DNA of 64,000 bases from a virus. Shown here piece after piece: positions 7,501 through 15,324 of the stretch. Both the position numbers and the translations under genes were made by a program. The stretch is taken from the IMG/VR virus record IMGVR_UViG_3300035492_000217; one strand, written 5' to 3'. Numbering within the stretch: position 1 is the first letter of the stretch; each line of letters begins with the position of its first letter. The notes under the pieces are model-generated. The model was not told the DNA's origin. It did no database searches and saw only the letters and a program-made list of their open reading frames with translations.

Positions 7501-8895
7501 ATGAAGTTCCGCACCTGGCTGGGCACCGAAGAGGCGCTGGCTGAGCTCGATCGCTTCGAGGCTATGTACGCCGGCCAGCCACCGGAGAAGCTGGCCTACG
7601 ACGAAGACGAAGAGGGCCGCCCGTCCCGGGACAAGGACTTCAACGTCTATAGCGACCGCAAGGGCCTCTACCTGCTCGAGCGCATCGGCAGCATGGCCAT
7701 CGTCAAGGTGCACGGCTCGCTGACCAATACGCACCGGTGGTGGCACGAGTACCTGGCCGGCCAGGTCACCAGCTACGAAGCGCTGGCCGACGCGCTGCAG
7801 ATCGCTGCCAACGAAGAAGGCATCACCGAGATCCTGATGGACTTCGCCACTGGCGGCGGAGTGGTCCGTGGTCTGGACGTGATGTCCGAGACGATCCGCC
7901 GGGTGGATGCCCGCAAGCCGGTCTACGCCCACACCGATTCGCACTCGTTCTCCGCCGGCTACTGGCTGGCCTGCACGGCGCGCCGGGTCACCGCCTCCCG
8001 CATGGCCGAGGTCGGCTCCATCGGCACGCTGATGGTCCTGTCGACCTACGTCAAGGCAGCTGAGAAGGAAGGCATCGAGTACCACGTCTTCCGCGCCGGA
8101 GAGTTCAAGGCCCTCGGCATGCCTTACGAGACCCTTGACGACAAGGCCAAGGCGTACCTCCAGGAAAACGTCGAGAAGACCAACAAGTTCTTCCTCGAGC
8201 ACGTATCCCGCAACCGAAACCTGATGATGAGCGAGCGCGATCGTTGGGCAGAGGGCAAGACCTTCTTCGCTGAAGAAGCGCTTGCGGTAGGACTGATCGA
8301 CCGGGTTACCACCCTGGCCGATCTCATCGGAAGCGCCGCTTCCACAACCACCACCAGTGACCCCCGGAGATTCGAGATGAACATCTCTGCTGAAAAACTG
8401 GCTCAGATTGCGGCCGGCGCCGACCCGAAAACGGTCCTGACCGCGGAAGAGCTGAAACACTACGAGGCCAGCCTCGTAACCACTGAGCCCGAGGCCAACG
8501 AAGGCAAGGGAGAAGGCGAGGACACGCCGGAAGCGGAAGAACCTGAAAAGCCTGCCGCAGAGGCCAGCACTGACACCATGGCGCTGATGAAAGAGATCGG
8601 CCGACTGGAAGCCAAGCTGGAAGCGGCAGAAGCCGATAACGCCACCCTGCAGCAGGCACTGTCAGGGCGCGACGCTCAGATGGCTTCGCTGCTGACAGTC
8701 GCCCAGGCGGCCGTCGGCAACCTGCAGGTCGCGTTGCAGCGCCCGCGCGAGGCCAAGAGCACCGCTGCCGAGGTCGTCGCCCAGTTCAATGAGCTGCAGG
8801 GCGACATGGCCAAGCGCTTCAAAACTGGTCAGCAGACCACTACCCCGACCGAGGACAACACCCGTCCTGCGGCCAACACGTCGTTCCGTCACTGA
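7501..8895 (+). CDS. prohead protease, S49 (SppA/ClpP-like) family, with a scaffold-like C-terminal region
   Basis: N-terminal two-thirds carries S49-like segments (GGGVVRGLDV, SAGYWLA). The C-terminus is Ala/Glu-rich and coiled-coil-like. The position matches lambda gpC/Nu3. Confidence 0.85.
   Translation: MKFRTWLGTEEALAELDRFEAMYAGQPPEKLAYDEDEEGRPSRDKDFNVYSDRKGLYLLERIGSMAIVKVHGSLTNTHRWWHEYLAGQVTSYEALADALQIAANEEGITEILMDFATGGGVVRGLDVMSETIRRVDARKPVYAHTDSHSFSAGYWLACTARRVTASRMAEVGSIGTLMVLSTYVKAAEKEGIEYHVFRAGEFKALGMPYETLDDKAKAYLQENVEKTNKFFLEHVSRNRNLMMSERDRWAEGKTFFAEEALAVGLIDRVTTLADLIGSAASTTTTSDPRRFEMNISAEKLAQIAAGADPKTVLTAEELKHYEASLVTTEPEANEGKGEGEDTPEAEEPEKPAAEASTDTMALMKEIGRLEAKLEAAEADNATLQQALSGRDAQMASLLTVAQAAVGNLQVALQRPREAKSTAAEVVAQFNELQGDMAKRFKTGQQTTTPTEDNTRPAANTSFRH
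8377..8895 (+). CDS. possible nested in-frame scaffold protein (lambda Nu3 analogue)
   Basis: In-frame ATG at 8377 preceded by GGAG. The downstream 172 aa are Ala/Glu/Gln-rich. Inferred only by analogy with lambda C/Nu3. Confidence 0.35.
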   Translation: MNISAEKLAQIAAGADPKTVLTAEELKHYEASLVTTEPEANEGKGEGEDTPEAEEPEKPAAEASTDTMALMKEIGRLEAKLEAAEADNATLQQALSGRDAQMASLLTVAQAAVGNLQVALQRPREAKSTAAEVVAQFNELQGDMAKRFKTGQQTTTPTEDNTRPAANTSFRH

Positions 8896-8906
8896 GGAGG
8901 CCAGCC

Positions 8907-9362
8907 ATGGCTGATTTCGAATTCAATGTGCTGACTCACAGTCCCGAGCGACTGAACGTCATCTCCACCAAACTCGGCCCCGATGCCGCCACCAAGTACA
9001 CCGACAAGGACAAGCGCAAAGCGGTCAAGATGGGTCCGGTCGGCAACCACGTCCTGTGCGTGGCCGGCGACGAGATCGAAGGGTTCATCGACAGTGTCGA
9101 GGCGGCTACCTCCGGCGGCTTCTCCTTCGGCGGTGTGGCGCGCGGGAATCGCGGCTTCCGGGTCGAGGCTCAAGTGGGCGCCGGCCAGGGCGCAACGCCG
9201 ATGGCTGTGGGCGACCTGGTGGTCGCCGATGACCAACTGGCCGTCGGCACCGCCGGCAAGCCGCAGGTCAAGACCGGCACCCCGGCCACCCACAAGTACC
9301 GGGTGATGAACGTCAAAGGCACCGGCCTGGCCGGCACCACTGTCGTCCTCGAACTGCTCTAA
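8907..9362 (+). CDS. putative head decoration / capsid accessory protein
   Basis: 151 aa with SD GAGGAGG. It sits between the protease-scaffold and major capsid genes, the lambda gpD position. Confidence 0.5.
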   Translation: MADFEFNVLTHSPERLNVISTKLGPDAATKYTDKDKRKAVKMGPVGNHVLCVAGDEIEGFIDSVEAATSGGFSFGGVARGNRGFRVEAQVGAGQGATPMAVGDLVVADDQLAVGTAGKPQVKTGTPATHKYRVMNVKGTGLAGTTVVLELL

Positions 9363-9377
9363 ACCTCGGCAATCGGA

Positions 9378-9391
9378 CCTGTAAATACAGG
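9378..9391. promoter_or_regulatory. Palindromic motif, exact consensus CCTGTAAATACAGG (extended GGACCTGTAAATACAGGTCC)
   Basis: Lies 32 nt upstream of the capsid gene ATG. A second degenerate copy, CCGCAAATACGGG, is at 9402-9414. Confidence 0.6.
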
Positions 9392-9423
9392 TCCGAGATC
9401 ACCGCAAATACGGGAAAATTCGC

Positions 9424-10605
9424 ATGAAACCATTCAAACTCGAATACTGGGCCAAGGACGAGAAGGGCAATAAGGTCCTGAAGTCCGTCGACGTCACCGT
9501 CGAGGCATACAAGCACGCGGCTGAGAAGGGCATGACCCTCCGCCAGTACGCCAAGCACCTGGCCCCGGACTGGGACCGCAGCATGGGCGACCCGCTCGAC
9601 CAGATGTACGCCAACTCCGGCCTGCTGGACGGCCAGAAGTTCGGCATGCCGGCAATGACCCTGCAGGACATCGCCAAGGCCCAGCTGGCCGACGGCTTCC
9701 GCCGCCCCGATGGCAGCGACAACAGCCTGGGCGCCCGCCTGCTGTACCCGCAGCTGATCCTGGAAACCATGCAGGCCGATGCCCTGCGTGACGACGGCAG
9801 CGACATCCTGGCTATCTGGGAAAGCCTGATCGGTGTCAGCCGCAACATCAACGGCACCAAGGCCGACCAGCCGATCATCGACACCACTGCGCCGGAAGGC
9901 AGCCGCAGCGGCCGTATCGCTCAGCTGGCGGAGCCGGAGACCATGATCTCCATCACCACCGGCGACAAGTCGTACCGTATCCCGACCAACTCGATTGGTC
10001 TGATGATCTCCGACGAGGCCATGGCCGCCACCACCATCGACCTGGTTCGCACGGTGATGGAAGCGCAGTCGCGCGGCGATCGTATCCGCCGTGCCATGGA
10101 GCAGCTGAAGTCCATGGTCCAGGGCGACGTCGATGCCGGCATCAGCGCCCTGCCGGTGACCAAGATCAGCGAGTTCGACAGCTCGATCACCACCAACGGT
10201 GTGATCACCAAGCGCGCCTTCATCAAGTGGCTGCACAGCAAGCAGAAGGTCTGCAACCTGAGCCAGGTGCTGACCGACATCGACACCGCCATCGACATCG
10301 ATGACGCCCTGCTGCCGAAGGTCACCGGTACCGACTCGTCCAAGATCGTCGCACCGTGGGGCGGCCTGAACCTGGGTATCACCCAGCCGCGCATCGTACC
10401 GGTGGACGCTGACGTGTTCGGCGCCGCGCACCTGGTTGGCCTGGACCCGCGCTACGCCATCCAGCGCTTCGTCAACGTGTCGGCTTCCTACGACGCGATC
10501 GAAGAGTACGTGATGCGCAAGGCGACCGGCTTCCGCGTCGACTTCGGCGAGATGTCGACCCGTCTGTACGACGAAGCCTGGTCGGTGGTCAGCCTCGAGG
10601 CGTAA
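9424..10605 (+). CDS. major capsid protein
   Basis: 393 aa; called from position and size in a lambda-like head module. Confidence 0.75.
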   Translation: MKPFKLEYWAKDEKGNKVLKSVDVTVEAYKHAAEKGMTLRQYAKHLAPDWDRSMGDPLDQMYANSGLLDGQKFGMPAMTLQDIAKAQLADGFRRPDGSDNSLGARLLYPQLILETMQADALRDDGSDILAIWESLIGVSRNINGTKADQPIIDTTAPEGSRSGRIAQLAEPETMISITTGDKSYRIPTNSIGLMISDEAMAATTIDLVRTVMEAQSRGDRIRRAMEQLKSMVQGDVDAGISALPVTKISEFDSSITTNGVITKRAFIKWLHSKQKVCNLSQVLTDIDTAIDIDDALLPKVTGTDSSKIVAPWGGLNLGITQPRIVPVDADVFGAAHLVGLDPRYAIQRFVNVSASYDAIEEYVMRKATGFRVDFGEMSTRLYDEAWSVVSLEA

Positions 10606-10649
10606 TTGAACGGGGCCGGCCACGCCGGCCCCTCCACAGGAGAGCAGTT

Positions 10650-11075
10650 ATGGCTTTGAAGAAGAATGAAGCGGCTGAGCTGGCCAAGGCGGAAGCAGCC
10701 CTGGACGCCGAGGCAAAAGCCGCAGCGGTGAAGGAAGGGCCCGCGCCCCTGCCGGAGCCGGAAGTGAAGGAAGGGCCCGCGCCCCTGCCGGAGCCGGAAG
10801 TGAAGGAAGGGCCCGCGCCCCTGCCGGAGCCGGAAGTGAAGGAAGGGCCCGCGCCCCTGCCGGAGCCGGAAGTGAAGGAAGGGCTCGCGCCCCTGCCGGA
10901 GCCGGAAGTGAAGGAAGGGCCTGCCCAGGCACTGGTCAAGGTGGTCAACCTGACCCACTCGACCCTGTACCAACACTCGTCCGGCTTGTCCATCGGCCCG
11001 AAGGCCGAGAAGGCACTGCTGAACGACGGCTGGTTGGCTAACCAGCTCAAAGCCCGCCTGCTGAAGCGAGTCTGA
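10650..11075 (+). CDS. proline-rich tandem-repeat protein (141 aa), probably head-associated
   Basis: Contains (VKEGPAPLPEPE) x5. SD AGGAGAG. It follows the capsid gene. Confidence 0.7.
   Translation: MALKKNEAAELAKAEAALDAEAKAAAVKEGPAPLPEPEVKEGPAPLPEPEVKEGPAPLPEPEVKEGPAPLPEPEVKEGLAPLPEPEVKEGPAQALVKVVNLTHSTLYQHSSGLSIGPKAEKALLNDGWLANQLKARLLKRV
10728..10921 (+). repeat. 36-bp tandem repeat, 5 full copies plus a partial sixth
   Basis: The unit GTGAAGGAAGGGCCCGCGCCCCTGCCGGAGCCGGAA starts at 10728, 10764, 10800, 10836 and 10872 (one C-to-T change in the fifth) and 10908 (partial). Confidence 0.95.
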
Positions 11076-11076
11076 C

Positions 11077-11565
11077 ATGCCCCTGTTCAGCCTGACCACG
11101 TTCGACCAGATCCGCGGAGTCCTGACGGTGTCACAGGCAGACCTGCCTGACGAAACCCTGGCGTCGTACGGACTGGACGACGACCTGGCGGTTGAGCTGG
11201 ACGGGTGGGCAGGCGATTGGCAGGCCATGATCATGGCAGGCCAAGGAGAACCGGCAGCAGTCGAGGATGTGAAGAGGTACCGACTGCTCCGCCTGTTCGC
11301 CAAGTATTTCTGCGCCGCGGCGGTAGCTGCCACGGCGCCTGTGTTCGTGCTGACCAAGAGCACGGACGGATCCAACGAGGGCCAGCGCAGCGACCAAGAG
11401 GGCTTCCTCTGGTTGCAGAAATCGATGCTGGCCAAGGCTGCAGGCTTCCGGGAACAGCTGCTCGAGGTCCTCGGCTCTCAGCAGTCAGCTGCAGTAATGA
11501 CCGTGATCTCTCGCGTAACACCTGCGCGTGACCCAGTCACCGAGGCCCGCAGCGATGTTTCTTAA
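11077..11565 (+). CDS. putative head-tail connector / adaptor protein
   Basis: 162 aa; called from position after the capsid genes. The N-terminus resembles gp6-type adaptors only loosely. Confidence 0.45.
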   Translation: MPLFSLTTFDQIRGVLTVSQADLPDETLASYGLDDDLAVELDGWAGDWQAMIMAGQGEPAAVEDVKRYRLLRLFAKYFCAAAVAATAPVFVLTKSTDGSNEGQRSDQEGFLWLQKSMLAKAAGFREQLLEVLGSQQSAAVMTVISRVTPARDPVTEARSDVS

Positions 11566-12457
11566 CAAGATCGCAGCGAGGAAGATCACCGAGCCAATGG
11601 AGGTCTGGGACGAGACCACTGAATCGTTCGTCCCTGGGTTCATCGGCCGCATTGATCTGACCGACCGGTTCCTGTCGAACTTCAACAAGCCACTACGCCG
11701 GCGGATGCTCTACACCGAGTTCGGCACCACCTTTCCGGCTAGCCGTACGTTCCGGCACCCTGGCACTGGTCAGGTTTACCTGCTCGGCCAGACCCGATCG
11801 GATGCGCTTGACGGCCAGCCGTACGTTGACCTGACGGTGTGCCACCTGGCCACCGACGAGCCGAACGGAAGCGCCGGGCTGGCCACCATTTACCGTAAGT
11901 CTCCGGCGGGCCCGGCAGACAATCCAGGCTGGCTGGTGGAGCAGCAGGTAGCCAGGGCGTTCGTCGACCTGGAGTTCCGCACAAGCGCCAACGAGGCGGA
12001 CACCTATGAAGTCAAGGTGGAGAATTTCTTCGCCTTCCTGCCAGCCCACATTCAATGCGAGGAGTGGGACTTCGTAGAACTGCACGGCAAGCGCTACCGC
12101 GTCGTCGATACCTTCCCGGACAGCGGCCTTGCAGGCCTGCGTGTGGACGAGGAGCCTGACCATCGCCTGGACTTCGTTCTGCACGTCGAGGGTGGCAAGG
12201 TCTACAACAGGGCAACCCACGCATACGACGCGACCAGCACGGCCTACAACGTCACCGGCGTGCTCACCAAATACCGCGACTTTGCACTGTGGGCCACCGA
12301 CTCGGAGAACTACTTCGAGGTGGTGATCGACAGCAAGCACATAGGGTTCAAACCGGCGCCGTCGACGATGGCCCTCGAGATCGATGGCCGACGTCGCGTG
12401 ATCCGCCAGGTGTCAACGCAACCCGGCGAGCGGCAGTACATCTTGAGGTGCCAGTGA
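11555..12457 (+). CDS. hypothetical structural protein (about 300 aa)
   Basis: The ATG at 11555 overlaps the upstream stop and follows GAGG. The ORF track offers a GTG at 11528 as an alternative start. Confidence 0.6.
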   Translation: MFLNKIAARKITEPMEVWDETTESFVPGFIGRIDLTDRFLSNFNKPLRRRMLYTEFGTTFPASRTFRHPGTGQVYLLGQTRSDALDGQPYVDLTVCHLATDEPNGSAGLATIYRKSPAGPADNPGWLVEQQVARAFVDLEFRTSANEADTYEVKVENFFAFLPAHIQCEEWDFVELHGKRYRVVDTFPDSGLAGLRVDEEPDHRLDFVLHVEGGKVYNRATHAYDATSTAYNVTGVLTKYRDFALWATDSENYFEVVIDSKHIGFKPAPSTMALEIDGRRRVIRQVSTQPGERQYILRCQ

Positions 12458-12975
12458 TGGCCGGCAGCAAGAAGTTCACCGCCCAGGCTAACCAAATGGC
12501 CGATTTTGTTGGGCAGTTGTTCAACAGAGCTATCCGCTCAGCGCTACTAGAGGGCCTGGAAGCCGCGGTAAAGGCAACGAAACACGACTCGTCCAACGCG
12601 GCGGCGCACTGGATGCTGGCCGGAGAGGGGAAGAGCCGCCCCTGGCAGCGCAAACTTGGCAAGGTGCGCGACTTGCGCGGCACCAAAGGCGGAAGGGCTC
12701 CAGTCCCCCCTGTCGGCTACCGGCGTGACGGCGGGATCAACCTGCCGACCACCGTGCGATTCGTCCGCGAGCGAGAGCTTAAAGAGGTCCTGGACGACCT
12801 GGTGTCCGGCCGGAGGCCTGAGTTCAAGTTCTACTTCTACAACGCAGTCGGCGGAGAAGACGAGTATTCCGCCAACGCTGGTATTGAGGCAGCGGGTGCA
12901 GAGGCCGTGAATCGGACACTCGCCGCCGCGGCGCGCCGAATCATCGCCGGCAACACCCGGCAGAGGACTCTGTGA
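12457..12975 (+). CDS. putative head-tail joining / tail completion protein
   Basis: The start overlaps the upstream stop (TGATG). 172 aa; function assigned from position only. Confidence 0.5.
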   Translation: MAGSKKFTAQANQMADFVGQLFNRAIRSALLEGLEAAVKATKHDSSNAAAHWMLAGEGKSRPWQRKLGKVRDLRGTKGGRAPVPPVGYRRDGGINLPTTVRFVRERELKEVLDDLVSGRRPEFKFYFYNAVGGEDEYSANAGIEAAGAEAVNRTLAAAARRIIAGNTRQRTL

Positions 12976-13409
12976 TGCTCCAGTCCATGACTGATTCGCT
13001 CGCGTTCATCCGCGAGATCGTGTTTGAGCAGGTCGCACCAGGAACGCGATTCGCGTTCAGTTTCACCGACGATGCGGACGTCGGAGACCTGCAGGCCGGA
13101 CCCCTGTTCGACCAGAACGAGGAGTTCTTTCTGTTCGAGGCAGAGCTTGTAGACACCAAGCGGGCCGGTGTCAGCGCAGTCTCCCCGACCCGCTGCGGAG
13201 GGGAGTTGGTGGTCAGCTTGCTGACCAAGGACAGCCTGCAGGAGATACCAAACAGGCGCCGGCTGGAGGGAGTCTCCAACTGGTTTGCTGAAAAGACGAT
13301 CCGGGGTATCCGGTTTCGCACCTTCACCCCGTTGAGCACGACGAAGGTGATGGGATTCACGTCGTACAGCGGCGTGCTCAACTTTGACTTCGACATCTCG
13401 AGAGGGTAG
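12972..13409 (+). CDS. putative tail terminator (gpU position)
   Basis: 145 aa, immediately upstream of the tail tube gene. Overlaps the upstream stop. Confidence 0.45.
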   Translation: MMLQSMTDSLAFIREIVFEQVAPGTRFAFSFTDDADVGDLQAGPLFDQNEEFFLFEAELVDTKRAGVSAVSPTRCGGELVVSLLTKDSLQEIPNRRRLEGVSNWFAEKTIRGIRFRTFTPLSTTKVMGFTSYSGVLNFDFDISRG

Positions 13410-13413
13410 GCCT

Positions 13414-14448
13414 ATGCCAGTCAAGAGCTTCACTGATACTTCCGCCGTTTCGCTGGCATACGCGATCGGCGACGGGGTCGCCGCGGGTGATTTCGCAGGC
13501 GTCACTTTCAACCTTATTCCCTTCACCACCGAGGGGTTCAGCATGGCGAAAGAGGCAAAGACCTCTACGGCCATCACCAATGACCGCCGCCAGAGCAACT
13601 CAAAAAACACGAAAGGCAGTGCGTCCGGCGCGGTGACGACCGAATTCGGCGCAACTCCATTCATCCAGGACATGCTTTCGCTCGGACTGATGGCTGAATG
13701 GGCGCCGGTGGACGATCTGGACACCAGCAAGGGCGTCTTCATCACCGACAGCGACATCAAGAAGTTCATGGCGGTCGAGAAAACCGTCAAGAGTGGACCA
13801 GCAGAGACCGACCTGCTGTTCCACGAGCGTTACTACGGAACCATGGTGAACGACTTCACCTTGAAGTTCGGCGACGGCGAGCTGATCACCCTGGCACTGA
13901 ACACCGTCTCGATGTTCGCCGACTACGCCAGCGCTGCCGCCGGCGCCAATGGCCTCGGCGGCAGCCTGGCAACGGCCAAGTTGGTGCCCGCCGACTACGA
14001 GATCGCCGACAGCTCGAACAACCTGAAGAACCTGGTGATCAAGGACCCCAGCGGCACCCCGCTGGAAGTTGTGTTCTCCGACGCCTCGCTGCAGGTGCAG
14101 AACAACGTGCGCGAGCAGCCCGGCCTCGGCCATGAGTTCGCTGCCGGCGTCGGCATGGGCAAAGTCGGGGTATCGCTGTCTGGGGAGATTTACTTCTTCG
14201 ACCAGACCATGCTCGATGCGCACATGAAGAACAAGCGCCTCAGTGCCGAGACGACGATCGATACCGCGGACGGCACGTTCACCATTTACCTGCCCAACCT
14301 GGTAGCCCAGACCCCGGCGAACAACGCCGACGGAGAGAACCAGGACTACAAGACCTCGCTGACGCTGACCGCGGAGAAAGGTGAGGTCACCATCGGCGCT
14401 GTTACGCGCACCTGCGCGATCGCCGTCGTCTACGTGGCGAAGCCGTAA
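13414..14448 (+). CDS. major tail (tube) protein
   Basis: 344 aa. ATG at 13414 follows GAGAGGGTAGG. It lies immediately upstream of the chaperone pair and the tape measure. Confidence 0.7.
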   Translation: MPVKSFTDTSAVSLAYAIGDGVAAGDFAGVTFNLIPFTTEGFSMAKEAKTSTAITNDRRQSNSKNTKGSASGAVTTEFGATPFIQDMLSLGLMAEWAPVDDLDTSKGVFITDSDIKKFMAVEKTVKSGPAETDLLFHERYYGTMVNDFTLKFGDGELITLALNTVSMFADYASAAAGANGLGGSLATAKLVPADYEIADSSNNLKNLVIKDPSGTPLEVVFSDASLQVQNNVREQPGLGHEFAAGVGMGKVGVSLSGEIYFFDQTMLDAHMKNKRLSAETTIDTADGTFTIYLPNLVAQTPANNADGENQDYKTSLTLTAEKGEVTIGAVTRTCAIAVVYVAKP

Positions 14449-14455
14449 GCGCAAA

Positions 14456-14476
14456 CCTGTAAAGCTGTAAATATGG
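14456..14476. promoter_or_regulatory. Palindromic motif, tandem/degenerate (CCTGTAAAGCTGTAAATATGG)
   Basis: Lies in the gap between the tail tube and chaperone genes. Confidence 0.5.
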
Positions 14477-14533
14477 CCGCGCATCCATTAGGATGGCGGC
14501 CATCTTCATACAGAAACCAATCAAGGAAATCAC

Positions 14534-14956
14534 ATGCTCGATATCGATAGCTTGGCAGTGGACCCGACCGCGGCGGAAGAGGGGGTATGGGCCAACTTCA
14601 TGGGTGCGCGATTCAAGATCGCCCGCCACAACACGAACAAGGCTGACGCACTGCGGGCCAAGCTGACCCTGGAGCGCTGGGACGAAGTTACAGCCGGCAC
14701 CGAAGAAAGCGATCGGGTAGCAAATGAGATCAACGCCAAGGTCCTGGCCGAGACCGTGCTACTGGACTGGGAAGGTGTCGCCAAAGGCGGAAAACCGCTG
14801 AAGTACACCCCGAAAGTCGGCCTTGAGTACCTCCTGGACCCTCGGTTCCGCGACCTCCTGCAGTTCATCGAACGATTCTCCATGAACCGTGGCAATTACC
14901 GAGAGAAGGCCGAGGAACAGGCGGCTGAGTCGGTAAAGGATTCTGCCGCTTCCTGA
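14534..14956 (+). CDS. tail assembly chaperone (gpG-like)
   Basis: 140 aa, acidic, directly upstream of the tape measure. SD AAGGAA. Confidence 0.7.
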   Translation: MLDIDSLAVDPTAAEEGVWANFMGARFKIARHNTNKADALRAKLTLERWDEVTAGTEESDRVANEINAKVLAETVLLDWEGVAKGGKPLKYTPKVGLEYLLDPRFRDLLQFIERFSMNRGNYREKAEEQAAESVKDSAAS

Positions 14957-15318
14957 TCACGCACGGGGCGAAAGGGCTGCAGGCGATGAAGGCCCTCGAG
15001 GAGAAGTTTGGGAGAAAGCACCCCGCCCTCGAGGGGTTCGTCGAGCCACCGCCGGGTATGCGGTGGCTGGTAGATGCGTTCTTCCGCCTGCACAGGAGGC
15101 GGCAGCATGCCGAACACGGCTACCAGCCGCTGCAGTACCAGGAGATGTCCCAGTTTGCGGACCACGTTTTGCACCTCGACGCCGACCTTAGACCGCTCTT
15201 CTTCAGGGCCATGGAAGAGACCGATAACGGCGTTCTGTACGACCACTACGCAAAGGCCAAAGGCAGCGTTGATCAGCCGCCAGGCCAGAAAAAACCCCGC
15301 CGGCCGCCTCGCAGGTAA
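14534..15318 (+). CDS. tail assembly chaperone, putative -1 frameshift fusion (gpGT-like)
   Basis: The -1 frame is open from 14929 to 15318. GGTAAAG at 14932-14938 offers an A-AAG slip site. Alternatively, 14986-15318 is an independent ATG-started gene. Confidence 0.45.
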
Positions 15319-15324
15319 CCACGC

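Noticed and set aside
9313-10623. Long antisense ORFs inside clearly assigned genes. This one is 436 aa opposite the capsid gene. Others: 4463-5383, 5976-6782, 7258-8460, 33974-35191, 41488-43002, 43303-44916, 46779-47525, 47890-48699, 52101-52850, 54322-55092, 56618-57625 and 60925-61731.
   Set aside because: These are shadow ORFs expected in GC-rich DNA. They are rich in Arg/Gly/Leu/Val/His, lack motifs, and each fully overlaps a gene with strong motif or synteny support.
10728-10921. Possible CRISPR array (regular 36-bp repeats)
   Set aside because: The repeats are directly abutting with no spacers, are in frame within a CDS, and no cas genes are present.
10488-11435. 315-aa minus-strand ORF with repeated GRGPFLHFRLRQ units (and related frames 10589-11050, 10648-10932)
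   Set aside because: The repeats are simply the reverse-complement reading of the 36-bp tandem repeat in the plus-strand gene 10650-11075. The ORF also overlaps two well-placed plus-strand genes.
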